In this document: positions 6,847 to 16,304 of the stretch, in pieces
How positions within the stretch are numbered: the stretch's first letter is position 1
Layout: each line of letters starts with the position of its first letter
Source: a virus
IMG/VR virus record: IMGVR_UViG_3300042564_002580
Coordinates: 32,001 to 96,000 of that record
DNA length: 64,000 nt
Strand: one strand, 5' to 3'
Position numbers and translations under genes: made by a program
Notes under the pieces: model-generated
The model's database searches: none
What the model was told of the DNA's origin: nothing
The model's input: the letters and a program-made list of their open reading frames with translations, nothing else

Positions 6847-8781
6847 ATGTCCAAGACTATTGAAAACCCATACGAAAATTTTATTGCGTTATCTCGTTAC
6901 GCCAGATGGATTCCAGAAGAGAGCCGTCGTGAAACGTGGGGTGAGACAGTAGATCGATATTTTAACTTTATGCTGAAGCACTTAGAAACAAATTACAATT
7001 ACATTCCATCTGAAAAGCTTGTTGCGGAATTAAAAGACGGTGTATTCCAAAGAAATGTCATGCCCTCTATGCGTTCCGTAATGACTTCAGGAGCAGCTCT
7101 AGAAAGAGATAATGTAGCGGGGTACAATTGTGCTTTTCTTCCAGTTGATTCACCACGTTCGTTTGATGAAACAATGTATATTCTTATGTGTGGCACTGGC
7201 GTAGGTTTTTCTGTTGAGTATAAGTACATCAATAAGCTTCCTTCCGTCCCAGAATCTTTAGAAAAGTCAACTACTGTAATTACGGTTGAAGATTCAAAGC
7301 AAGGCTGGGCAAAAGCATACCGTGAGTTGTTAGCGCTACTATGGTCGGGTCAAATTCCAGCAATAGATGTTTCTAAAGTTCGTCCCGCAGGCGCAAGGCT
7401 TAAGACGATGGGTGGACGTTCGTCTGGACCGCAGCCCCTTATTAATTTGTTTGATTTTACAATTGCAAAATTTAAGAATGCTACAGGAAGAAACCTTAAG
7501 CCCATTGAATGTCACGACATTATGTGCAAGATTGGTGAAGTTGTTGTAGTAGGAGGAGTACGTAGATCAGCAATGATTTCTCTTTCAAATATTAATGATA
7601 TTGAAATGGCACAGGCTAAATCAGGTAACTGGTGGGAGCAAAACCCACAACGTGCATTATCAAATAACTCCGTTGCTTATTCTAGAAAACCAGATATGGA
7701 GCAATTCATTGCAGAATGGAAATCATTGTACGATTCAAAATCAGGAGAGCGTGGAATCTATAATGTTGCAGCAGCTCAAGCACAAGCAGCAAAGTATGGA
7801 CGCAGAGATCCAGAAATTCATTACGGAACTAACCCATGCTCAGAAATTATTCTTAGGCCGTATCAGTTCTGCAATCTTTCAGAAGTAGTTTTGCGTGAAC
7901 ACGACACAAAAAAAGAAATTGAGCGCAAAGTTGAGCTGGCTACAATTCTTGGAACATGGCAATCTACTCTTACTGACTTTAAGTATATTCGTAAAATTTG
8001 GAAAGATAATACAGAAGAAGAACGCTTACTTGGTGTTTCTCTTACTGGGCAGTTTGGTCATAAGCTAATGTCTGGAAAAGAAGATTTGGTTTCGCTTGAA
8101 GCATTTTTAATGAGCCTTAAAGAGTCTGCAAGAGAAACAAATAAAAGCGAAGCTGGAAAGATTGGCATTCCTGAGTCGGCAGCTATTACCTGTGTAAAAC
8201 CATCTGGAACGGTATCTCAATTAGTTGGAGTATCTTCAGGTATGCATGCTTGGCATTCTCCTTACTATATAAGAACCGTTCGTGGCTCAAAAGGAGATCC
8301 AATTTCTGTTTTTCTTAAAGAAGTTGGCATACCAGTAGAAGATGATGTGATGAAGCCAAACGAAACATATGTTTTTTCTTTTCCAGTAAAAGCTCCAGAG
8401 GGTGCAATTGTTAGAAATGATTTGACAGCTATTGAGCATTTAAACATTTGGCTAGTTTATCAACGTGCATGGTGTGAGCATAAGCCTTCTATTACTGTTT
8501 CAGTAAAAGAAGATGAATGGATGGAAGTTGGGGCTTGGGTATACAAAAATTTTGATGAAGTTTCTGGAATTTCATTCTTGCCACACTCAGATCATTCATA
8601 TAAGCAGGCACCGTATCAAGAAGTAACAAAAGAAGAGTACCAGAGCCTTGTTGCAAAAATGCCAAAAAGCATTCGTTGGGAAGATTTATCTTTTTATGAA
8701 ACAGAAGACGGAACATCTACAAATGCAACACTTGCCTGTAGCTCTGATGGCAATTGTGAATTGGTAGATATTAGCGCATAG
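6847..8781 (+). CDS. nrdJ: Class II (adenosylcobalamin-dependent) ribonucleotide reductase, monomeric RTPR type
   Basis: RRETW, YNCAF, GGVRRSA, GTNPCSEI, FCNLSE, TCVKPSGT, C-terminal LACSSDGNC; no adjacent beta-subunit gene. Confidence 0.93.
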   Translation: MSKTIENPYENFIALSRYARWIPEESRRETWGETVDRYFNFMLKHLETNYNYIPSEKLVAELKDGVFQRNVMPSMRSVMTSGAALERDNVAGYNCAFLPVDSPRSFDETMYILMCGTGVGFSVEYKYINKLPSVPESLEKSTTVITVEDSKQGWAKAYRELLALLWSGQIPAIDVSKVRPAGARLKTMGGRSSGPQPLINLFDFTIAKFKNATGRNLKPIECHDIMCKIGEVVVVGGVRRSAMISLSNINDIEMAQAKSGNWWEQNPQRALSNNSVAYSRKPDMEQFIAEWKSLYDSKSGERGIYNVAAAQAQAAKYGRRDPEIHYGTNPCSEIILRPYQFCNLSEVVLREHDTKKEIERKVELATILGTWQSTLTDFKYIRKIWKDNTEEERLLGVSLTGQFGHKLMSGKEDLVSLEAFLMSLKESARETNKSEAGKIGIPESAAITCVKPSGTVSQLVGVSSGMHAWHSPYYIRTVRGSKGDPISVFLKEVGIPVEDDVMKPNETYVFSFPVKAPEGAIVRNDLTAIEHLNIWLVYQRAWCEHKPSITVSVKEDEWMEVGAWVYKNFDEVSGISFLPHSDHSYKQAPYQEVTKEEYQSLVAKMPKSIRWEDLSFYETEDGTSTNATLACSSDGNCELVDISA

Positions 8782-8853
8782 TGGTACAATTATAGAATTG
8801 AGCTAAGGCTCAAAATTCCTAGGCTTCCCGCCTAGAAATAAGGAGGATCAAAA

Positions 8854-9087
8854 ATGGCAAAAGCTAAAGAAGATCTTAATGGAGATGGAAAGGTTACAAT
8901 GCAAGAGAAGATTCTAGCAGCACTAGCAAGTTATGGACGTCATTTTCTAGGAGCGGCAATTGCTCTATATATGACAGGCAACACCAGCCCAAGAGACCTA
9001 CTACTTGGCGGATTTGCTGCCACAGCACCCGTAATTTTGAAAGCACTCAACCCTAATGAACCATCATTTGGGTTTACCAACAAGTAA
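8854..9087 (+). CDS. Small membrane protein, holin-like, with N-terminal DLNGDGKV motif
   Basis: Two hydrophobic segments, C-terminal LNPNEPSFG, SD AAGGAGG. Confidence 0.55.
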   Translation: MAKAKEDLNGDGKVTMQEKILAALASYGRHFLGAAIALYMTGNTSPRDLLLGGFAATAPVILKALNPNEPSFGFTNK

Positions 9088-9107
9088 ACAAAAAATAGTC
9101 AATTAGA

Positions 9108-9141
9108 AATACTCCTGTGCTAAAATTAGTACAGGAGTATT
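9108..9141 (+). promoter_or_regulatory. Long inverted repeat enclosing extended -10 TGcTAAAAT
   Basis: AATACTCCTGTGCTAA-aa-TTAGTACAGGAGTATT. Confidence 0.55.
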
Positions 9142-9163
9142 CCTATTTAGGAGACTATGGCAA

Positions 9164-9511
9164 ATGGCAGGACAAAAGAATTTCGAAGTAGATCAAAATG
9201 CAACATTTAGTTTTATAGTAGAATATAAAGACGAAAATGACAATGCGATTGATCTTACTGGTGCATCTGCAAAGATGCAGGTGCGTGATACAAAAGGCGG
9301 CAGCAAATTAGCCGTTACACTAACATCACCATCTGGCGGAATTACAATTGATGGACCTAATGGTAAATTAACTGTAAGAATGACACCAACACAAACAAGT
9401 AAAATCTTTTATCCGAAATCATCTTATGATGTTATGGTTGTAGATTCTAATGGGAATAAAATAAAGCTCCTTGAAGGGTTTATGACCCTAAATAGATCGG
9501 TAACTATTTAA
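9164..9511 (+). CDS. Virion structural protein, BppU-N/Ig-like adaptor
   Basis: IDLTGASAKMQVR...YDV...KLLEG pattern typical of phage adaptor domains. Confidence 0.6.
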   Translation: MAGQKNFEVDQNATFSFIVEYKDENDNAIDLTGASAKMQVRDTKGGSKLAVTLTSPSGGITIDGPNGKLTVRMTPTQTSKIFYPKSSYDVMVVDSNGNKIKLLEGFMTLNRSVTI

Positions 9512-9951
9512 TGACTGAATCCGTAGTTGTTCGAGAGCAAATAAATAAAGTAGTAATTTCTTCTCCAGGTCCACAAGGACCAAGAGGAAGAACCATTCTA
9601 AATGGAAATGGAGACCCAGCAGCAAATTTGGGTCTTACTGGAGATTTTTACTTTGATATGCTTTCAGCTGCATTTCACGGACCAAAGCTTTCTGATTTAA
9701 ATTGGTCAGGAGCAAGCAAAATATTTTTAACAAATAATACACTAGCGTATCCTTGGGAATTAACCCAAGTTACTGGTCCTTTATCTGGAGTGTATTCTGT
9801 TGTTATTAATCATGGACTAGGATATCAACCAAACGTAACAGTTAAGTCTAGTGCAGGCGATATTTTGGAAACTGGAATAGACTACAATAGTACTAATCAA
9901 ATAACACTGACTATGGCTCAACCATTTTCAGGGACAGCATACCTGTCATAA
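9511..9951 (+). CDS. Virion protein with short collagen-like GPQGPRG
   Basis: PGPQGPRG, GDFYFD, INHGLG.QPNV motifs. Confidence 0.65.
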   Translation: MTESVVVREQINKVVISSPGPQGPRGRTILNGNGDPAANLGLTGDFYFDMLSAAFHGPKLSDLNWSGASKIFLTNNTLAYPWELTQVTGPLSGVYSVVINHGLGYQPNVTVKSSAGDILETGIDYNSTNQITLTMAQPFSGTAYLS

Positions 9952-9962
9952 GGAGATAGCAA

Positions 9963-11030
9963 ATGGCAAGAAAATTTTTAGTTAGCGTTGATCTCAACAA
10001 GAATGAGTTGCTCAATGCTAGAATTCAAAACTTAGGCGCAGCGCCTTCAAATCCAGTATCTGGTCAAATATACTACAATACTGGCACAAATATTCTTTAC
10101 TTCTATAATGGAACAGAGTGGACACCCGCATCTGGCTCTACAGAAGTTATTCAAGACATCATTGGCTCATCCGTATTAGGCGGTACCGCTCTTACAGCTA
10201 CCTATAACGATGCAGCAGGAACAACAACATTAAAGTTAAACGATACATCAGTAACCGCTGGATCTTACGGTTCATCTTCATCTATACCTTCATTTACAGT
10301 TGACGCACAAGGTAGACTAACATCTGCAGCCGAAACAAGTATTCCAGATCCAGTAATTACACTTTCAGGAGATGTAACTGGTTCTGCAACAATGACCAAT
10401 TTGGGTGATGTTACAATATCAACTACAATTGAGCCAAACTCAGTTGCCCTCGGAACTGATACAACTGGAAGCTATGTTTCAACAATTGCAGGAACATCTG
10501 GAGAAATTACAGTATCAGGCTCTGGATCAGAATCCGCAGCAGTAACTATTGGATTGCCAGATGATGTATCAATTACTGGTAACTTAAGCATTGGTGGAAA
10601 CCTTGATGTTCAAGGATCTATTAACTCAATAAGCACAACAGAAGTTAATATTGTTGATAATAAAGTAGTTCTTAACACAAACGTAACAGGAGCCCCATTA
10701 GCAGATGCTGGCCTTAAGGTAAACCGTGGAACCTCTGCAGATGTAGAGCTTTTGTGGAACGAAACGGCAGACCAATGGACATTAACAAATGATGGCACAA
10801 ATTATCATGAGATAACAAGAAAATATAAGACTACGCTAAATACTTCAGCAACATCTTATACAGTAACCCACAATTTAGGAACAAAAGACATAGTTATTTC
10901 TATCTACGAAGTTGCAGCACCATATGCAGAGATACTTGCAGATGTTGAGCATACATCAGATTCAGATATAACTATTAAGTTTGCAGTTGCACCAGCATCT
11001 GGAGAATATAGAGTAGTTGTAATAGGATAA
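9963..11030 (+). CDS. Fibre-like virion protein
   Basis: GQIYYNT, TVDAQGRLT, ITLSGDVTGS, VTHNLGT; Gly/Thr/Ser-rich. Confidence 0.7.
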   Translation: MARKFLVSVDLNKNELLNARIQNLGAAPSNPVSGQIYYNTGTNILYFYNGTEWTPASGSTEVIQDIIGSSVLGGTALTATYNDAAGTTTLKLNDTSVTAGSYGSSSSIPSFTVDAQGRLTSAAETSIPDPVITLSGDVTGSATMTNLGDVTISTTIEPNSVALGTDTTGSYVSTIAGTSGEITVSGSGSESAAVTIGLPDDVSITGNLSIGGNLDVQGSINSISTTEVNIVDNKVVLNTNVTGAPLADAGLKVNRGTSADVELLWNETADQWTLTNDGTNYHEITRKYKTTLNTSATSYTVTHNLGTKDIVISIYEVAAPYAEILADVEHTSDSDITIKFAVAPASGEYRVVVIG

Positions 11031-11039
11031 GGATTTCAA

Positions 11040-11417
11040 ATGGCCAAAAAGTTTAAGTCATTATTAAATCTTCTTACACTTGCAGAAGATCCGTTGAGCG
11101 GATCCACTGGAGATGTTTATTTTAATGTAACAAGCAAAAACATTAAAATTTACAACGGTGCAGTGTGGGTTGACTTAACTCCTGGCACTACTGACCCCGC
11201 TCCATTCTATATGCATACACATTCCTATGATGGAAATGTACATACAGTTAACCTTCAAGAAACAATAAACTTTTCTGAAGATATTAACAATAATGCTGGC
11301 GTATTAGAAACTAATCCTGCTATAATTGGTCTAGACGGTGGTACTCCAACATCATCGTATGCAAACGCAAGTTACACAGAATTAACACTGTTGGACGGAG
11401 GACAAATTGGCAACTAG
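11040..11417 (+). CDS. Virion protein with C-terminal LDGG motifs
   Basis: N-terminus resembles the 9963 gene (MAxKF...GDVYFN...KIYNG..W). Confidence 0.65.
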   Translation: MAKKFKSLLNLLTLAEDPLSGSTGDVYFNVTSKNIKIYNGAVWVDLTPGTTDPAPFYMHTHSYDGNVHTVNLQETINFSEDINNNAGVLETNPAIIGLDGGTPTSSYANASYTELTLLDGGQIGN

Positions 11418-11958
11418 CTACCCAACATCAAAAGATAATCTTACAAATCCTGCCGCAACTGAATCAATGGAAGGCCATGCAGACCTGCACGGTAATGTCA
11501 ATGATGCAATTGAGGCAATTGAGAACAAGCTGGGTGTAGACGGATCAACGGATGTAAACTCAATAGATTATAAAGTAAGTCAGCTTCAAGCAAACCTATC
11601 TACTTTAGATGCAGAAAATGCTTCAGAGCTACTAGGTTTGGACGGAAACAATGATCTTACTATAGACGGTATAGAAAATAAAACAACTATAGATTCATTC
11701 TCAAAGACAGTATACAAGACAGTTAGATATACATTACAGATTGATAAATCTGTTGGAAACTTAACTCACACATCAACAATTGTCTTGCTTAACGATGGAA
11801 CTGATGTTCATATCTCAGAGTCAGATATAGTATCAAACACAGATTTATCTTTAGCTACAGTTACTTTTGAAGAAAATAGCGGTATAATAAGTCTATGCGT
11901 AACACCTGTTTCAGGATCAATAAAAGTAAGATATTTTAGAACAGCATTAAAAGCATAA
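11407..11958 (+). CDS. Virion structural protein
   Basis: HADLH..VNDAIEAIENKLG N-terminus; C-terminal beta domain resembling that of 11986. Confidence 0.65.
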   Translation: MATSYPTSKDNLTNPAATESMEGHADLHGNVNDAIEAIENKLGVDGSTDVNSIDYKVSQLQANLSTLDAENASELLGLDGNNDLTIDGIENKTTIDSFSKTVYKTVRYTLQIDKSVGNLTHTSTIVLLNDGTDVHISESDIVSNTDLSLATVTFEENSGIISLCVTPVSGSIKVRYFRTALKA

Positions 11959-11985
11959 AAAAAGCAGTAAAAGGGAGTCATATCA

Positions 11986-13584
11986 ATGGCAACAGTAAAC
12001 AAGAATTTTAGAATTAAAAATGGTCTTATCGTTGAGGGTGGAACAGCTACCGTTAACGGTTTTGGTGTATTAACCAAGGCACAGGCAGACCAAGACTACA
12101 TTGTTGGTCTTATTGGTGGTACAGCAACTTCAGCTAACACAGTAAATACTGTAGTTAAGCGTGATGCATCAGGCAATTTTGCCGCAGGAACAATTACTGC
12201 TACATTTGTTGGTAACCTTACTGGTGATGTAACAGGTACAGTTTCAAGTCTTTCAAATCATGACACAGCGGATCTTGCAGAAAATGCAGCAAACAAATAT
12301 TTTACAGATGCTCGTGCACTTGCAGCAACAGCCGCAGCATACGATGCAGCAGGCTCAGCAGCAGCAGCACAGTCAGCAGCAACTACAGCAGCAGCAACAG
12401 ATGCAACAACTAAGGTAGCAGCAGAAGCAGCACTTAGAGTATCAGGCGACGCAGCTTCAGTATCAACTGCAGCAGCAGATGCTACTACAAAAGCTAACGC
12501 AGCTCAAGCAGCAGCAGAAGCCACAGCAGCATCAGATGCAACATCTAAGGCTAACGCAGCTCAAGCAGCAGCTATCTCAGCAGCAGCAGCAGATGCTACT
12601 ACAAAAGCCAACGCAGCACAGTCTGCAGCAGCATCAGATGCTACTACAAAAGCCAACGCCGCTCAAGCAGCAGCCGAAGCTACAGCAGCAGCAGCGCTTT
12701 CATCTGCAATCTCAACAGAGGTTTCAAACCGTAACACAGCAATTTCAACTGCAGTAGATTCATTAGTGGATGGCGCACCATCACTTCTTAACACATTAAA
12801 TGAATTAGCAGCAGCAATCAATGATGATGCTAATTACACAACAACTATAACAACAGCCCTTGGAACAAAGGCTAACTCAGCTCAAGTAACAACAGATATT
12901 GCGGCAGCAGTTTCAACAGCTGCATCAGATGCTACTACAAAAGCCAACGCAGCTCAAGCAGCAGCTATCTCAACAGCCGCATCAGATGCTACTACAAAAG
13001 CTAACGCAGCTCAAGCAGCAGCAGAAGCAACAGCAGCAGCAGCGCTTTCAGCACACAGCGCAGATACAACAAACATTCACGGAATTGCAGATACTTCACT
13101 TCTAGCAACTACAGCAAACGTAGCAACAGCAGTTTCAACAGCCGCATCAGATGCTACATCTAAGGCTAACGCAGCTCAAGCAGCAGCAGAAGCAACAGCA
13201 GCAGCAGCTAATACTGCTCAGCAAAATGGAACTACATCATTTACAGCAATTAATTACAATGATGTTGCTAAGCAGGTCGCAGCAACAACTGGAAACATTG
13301 CGGTGGCAGCAGAAACAACAGCTATTTCATGGGTAGCAGCAGACTACAGAAGCGCTAAGCTTGTAGTTAAAGCAAAGAATGGTGTTCACACCCAGGTTTC
13401 AGACTTGGTTGTAACACTTGATACTGCAAATAACGTAGGAGTTTCTGAATATGGAATTACATATTCAAACGGAACAGAACTAGCAGCAGTAACAGCAGAT
13501 TATTCTGGATCAGATGTAAGAGTCAGAGTAACACCAGCAAACGCTAACACAGAAGTTATTGTTGTTGGAATACTAATTAAATAA
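11986..13584 (+). CDS. Ala-rich coiled-coil fibre protein
   Basis: Repeated DAT(T/S)KANAAQAAA units; LVDGAPSLLNTLNELAAA fibre motif; YRSAKL C-terminal domain. Confidence 0.75.
   Translation: MATVNKNFRIKNGLIVEGGTATVNGFGVLTKAQADQDYIVGLIGGTATSANTVNTVVKRDASGNFAAGTITATFVGNLTGDVTGTVSSLSNHDTADLAENAANKYFTDARALAATAAAYDAAGSAAAAQSAATTAAATDATTKVAAEAALRVSGDAASVSTAAADATTKANAAQAAAEATAASDATSKANAAQAAAISAAAADATTKANAAQSAAASDATTKANAAQAAAEATAAAALSSAISTEVSNRNTAISTAVDSLVDGAPSLLNTLNELAAAINDDANYTTTITTALGTKANSAQVTTDIAAAVSTAASDATTKANAAQAAAISTAASDATTKANAAQAAAEATAAAALSAHSADTTNIHGIADTSLLATTANVATAVSTAASDATSKANAAQAAAEATAAAANTAQQNGTTSFTAINYNDVAKQVAATTGNIAVAAETTAISWVAADYRSAKLVVKAKNGVHTQVSDLVVTLDTANNVGVSEYGITYSNGTELAAVTADYSGSDVRVRVTPANANTEVIVVGILIK
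12470..13210 (+). repeat. Intragenic imperfect repeats encoding DAT(T/S)KANAAQ
   Basis: gatgctactacaaaagc(t/c)aacgc recurs about seven times. Confidence 0.85.
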
Positions 13585-13600
13585 TTAAATAAAGGTTTCG

Positions 13601-13623
13601 GGGGGATTCCTTAAAAATCCCCC
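13601..13623 (+). terminator. GC-rich hairpin without U tract (terminator or mRNA stabiliser)
   Basis: GGGGGATT-ccttaaa-AATCCCCC directly after the 13584 stop. Confidence 0.5.
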
Positions 13624-13653
13624 AACAAAAACTTAGGGGATATGTGAACTTAA

Positions 13654-14019
13654 ATGGCAACAGTAGATAAGAATTTTAAAGTAAAGAATGGGCTCAATGT
13701 CGCAGGAACTGCCACATTTGGGTCTAATGTTGTTTTAGGAGAAACACCCCTTAGATTTGATACAGTAACAAATAAATTACAGCTTCAAATAAATGGTGCT
13801 TGGGTCCCAATTGCACTTAATTCTGAGATCCCAGACACTTCACAAGATATTAGCTTTATGGATATTGGTTTAGCTATTGATTATAATGGGCAGCCAATAT
13901 ATACAGTACAGGCAAATGGAGTCACTCCAACAGGAATAAATAAGTTTATCGATGGAGGATCACCATCCTCTACAGATAATGATGTTTCAATGGTTTTTGA
14001 TTCAGGTGCTCTAGCTTAA
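13654..14019 (+). CDS. Short virion protein sharing the MATVxKNFxxKNGL N-terminus, with IDGG motif
   Basis: N-terminus near-identical to the 11986 gene. Confidence 0.7.
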   Translation: MATVDKNFKVKNGLNVAGTATFGSNVVLGETPLRFDTVTNKLQLQINGAWVPIALNSEIPDTSQDISFMDIGLAIDYNGQPIYTVQANGVTPTGINKFIDGGSPSSTDNDVSMVFDSGALA

Positions 14020-14071
14020 AGTAATAAATGATATAATAAGCAGTATAAATAAAATATAAAGGGGTAATAAA

Positions 14072-16276
14072 ATGGCAACAGTAAGAATTCAAGTACGAAG
14101 AGGAACCGCTTCACAATGGACCTCAGCAAATCCAACTTTGGCAGCAGGAGAGCTCGGCGTTGAGTCAGATACTAACCTCTTTAAGTTTGGTAACGGTTCA
14201 ACAGCATGGACAGCCCTTGCTTACGCAAATAACTCAGATGTAGCGATTGGTGAAATTTCCCAAGACGCAATTAATACAGCACTTACAATGGGTGCGGGTC
14301 TTACAAAGACATATAATGATGGTTCAAATACTATCACAATTACAGTAGATTCAAATGTAGTTGCGCTTAAGTCATATGTTGACAGCGCATTAACAGCTCA
14401 CGAAACTGATACAACTTCTGTTCATGGAATTCAAAATACAGCAGATCTAGTTTATTTGACAGGTGCTCAAACACTTACTGGAAAAACTTTAACAAGTGTT
14501 GTTTTAGATGGTACTCCTGTAGCACCAACACAAGCAGCTAATGATAATTCTACTAAAATTGCAACAACAGCATACGTTCAAACAGAGCTTGCAGATCTTA
14601 TAGGAGCAGCACCAGCATTGCTAGACACATTAAGCGAGCTATCAGATGCACTTGGCGATAATGAAAACTATGCAGCAGCAATGACAGCAACAATAACTGG
14701 TATTAATAATACAGTTGCAACAAAACTTGCTACAGCAGATTTTACAGCACATGTTATTGATACAACAGATGTTCATGGAATTTCAAATACAGCAAACTTA
14801 GTTTATACATCAGATTCAAGACTTTCTGATACTAGAACCCCTACAGCTGGATCTGTTGTTGCAGCGTCCATGGCCGTAGATTCTGTTGCAACAACAAGCT
14901 TGCTTGATTCTTCTGTAACTACTGCAAAAATTGCAGCAGTTTCAGTCACAGAAGCTAAACTTGCTGACGACTCAGTAACAGCAGCAAAGATAGCAGCAGG
15001 AGCGGTTGGAACTTCAGAGATTGCAGACCTAGCAGTTACTGCTTCTAAAATAGCAGCAGATGCAATTGGATCAACTCATATTGCCACATCTGCAGTAGGA
15101 ACTTCAGAGATTGCAGACGATGCAGTAACAGCAGCAAAGATAGCAGCAGGAGCGGTTGGAACTTCAGAGATTGCAGACGATGCAGTAACATCAGCAAAGA
15201 TTTTTGCAGGATCCGTTGTAACTGCCTCAATTAATAATTCAGCCGTTACAGAAGATAAAATTGCAGCACTTGCAGTTACTGAAGGTAAGATAGCAGCAGG
15301 AGCAGTAACATCTGGCAAAATTGCAGATGGAGCAATTGTAAATGCAGATATTAACGCAGCAGCAGAAATTGCAACATCAAAGATAGCAGGCCTTGACACA
15401 GCACTTGGCCTACTGGCACCTCTTGCTTCGCCAACATTTACTGGTACAGTAACTCTTCCAGCAGGAACAGTAACAACAGGAATGATACTTGATGGAACAA
15501 TTACAGATGCAGATATAAATGCAACTGCTGGAATTGCACAGTCTAAGATCTCAGGATTAACTACAGATCTTTCAAATAAGCTAGATTCAACAACAGCTGC
15601 TTCAACTTACGCACCACTTGCTTCACCAAATCTTACAGGAACTCCTACAGCTCCTACAGCAGCAGCAGGAACTTCTACAACACAAGTTGCAACTACAGCA
15701 TTTGTTGGAACAGCAGTAGCAGATCTTGTTGCATCAGCACCAGCAGCACTTAATACTCTTAATGAGTTAGCAACTGCACTTGGAAATGATGCTTCGTTCT
15801 CAACAACAGTTACAAATGCAATTGCACTAAAGTCACCACTAGCTTCTCCAACATTTACTGGTACATTAACTGCACCAGCAATAACAGCAACTGGTTTAGT
15901 AACTGCTTCAGCTTCAGGTATAGCATTTACAGATGGAACACAAACAAAGGCAGGAGTTCCATCATTGACTGTAATTGGAACTACAATTTCTGCAGCATAC
16001 AACCTGTCAACAGGCGGACTTGCCCTGAGAGATCAGTTAATACCAATTTCAGGTACACAGGTAATTACAGTACCAACAAATGCAACAACAGCATATCCAA
16101 TTGGAACTTCAATAAGCTTCTACCAGGCATCTGGAACTGGAGCAAGTTTTGCCTTCGCAAGCGGAGTCACACCTCTTGCAACACCAGGACAGACACTAAG
16201 AGCTCTATCATCTTCTGCAACACTAACAAAGGTTGCAACAGATACTTGGTTACTTGCTGGAGATCTAAAAGCTTAA
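14072..16276 (+). CDS. Fibre protein with Mtd_N-like N-terminus and 10-residue VTxxKIA repeats
   Basis: RIQVRRGTASQW..NPTLAAGELGVESDT..FKFGNG; AVTAAKIAAG/AVGTSEIADD repeats; two AP..L.TL.EL..ALG motifs; C-terminal W.L.GDL. Confidence 0.8.
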   Translation: MATVRIQVRRGTASQWTSANPTLAAGELGVESDTNLFKFGNGSTAWTALAYANNSDVAIGEISQDAINTALTMGAGLTKTYNDGSNTITITVDSNVVALKSYVDSALTAHETDTTSVHGIQNTADLVYLTGAQTLTGKTLTSVVLDGTPVAPTQAANDNSTKIATTAYVQTELADLIGAAPALLDTLSELSDALGDNENYAAAMTATITGINNTVATKLATADFTAHVIDTTDVHGISNTANLVYTSDSRLSDTRTPTAGSVVAASMAVDSVATTSLLDSSVTTAKIAAVSVTEAKLADDSVTAAKIAAGAVGTSEIADLAVTASKIAADAIGSTHIATSAVGTSEIADDAVTAAKIAAGAVGTSEIADDAVTSAKIFAGSVVTASINNSAVTEDKIAALAVTEGKIAAGAVTSGKIADGAIVNADINAAAEIATSKIAGLDTALGLLAPLASPTFTGTVTLPAGTVTTGMILDGTITDADINATAGIAQSKISGLTTDLSNKLDSTTAASTYAPLASPNLTGTPTAPTAAAGTSTTQVATTAFVGTAVADLVASAPAALNTLNELATALGNDASFSTTVTNAIALKSPLASPTFTGTLTAPAITATGLVTASASGIAFTDGTQTKAGVPSLTVIGTTISAAYNLSTGGLALRDQLIPISGTQVITVPTNATTAYPIGTSISFYQASGTGASFAFASGVTPLATPGQTLRALSSSATLTKVATDTWLLAGDLKA

Positions 16277-16304
16277 TTAATATAAAGAAATAGGAGATAT
16301 ATAA

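Noticed and set aside
12479-13336. Gln-rich alternate-frame ORFs
   Set aside because: Frame shadows of GCA-rich Ala repeats in the 11986 gene
14072-16276. Diversity-generating retroelement suggested by the Mtd_N-like domain
   Set aside because: No reverse transcriptase in the window and no TR/VR pair with adenine-specific mismatches; the duplications seen (e.g. 51782 and 51962) are exact and intragenic
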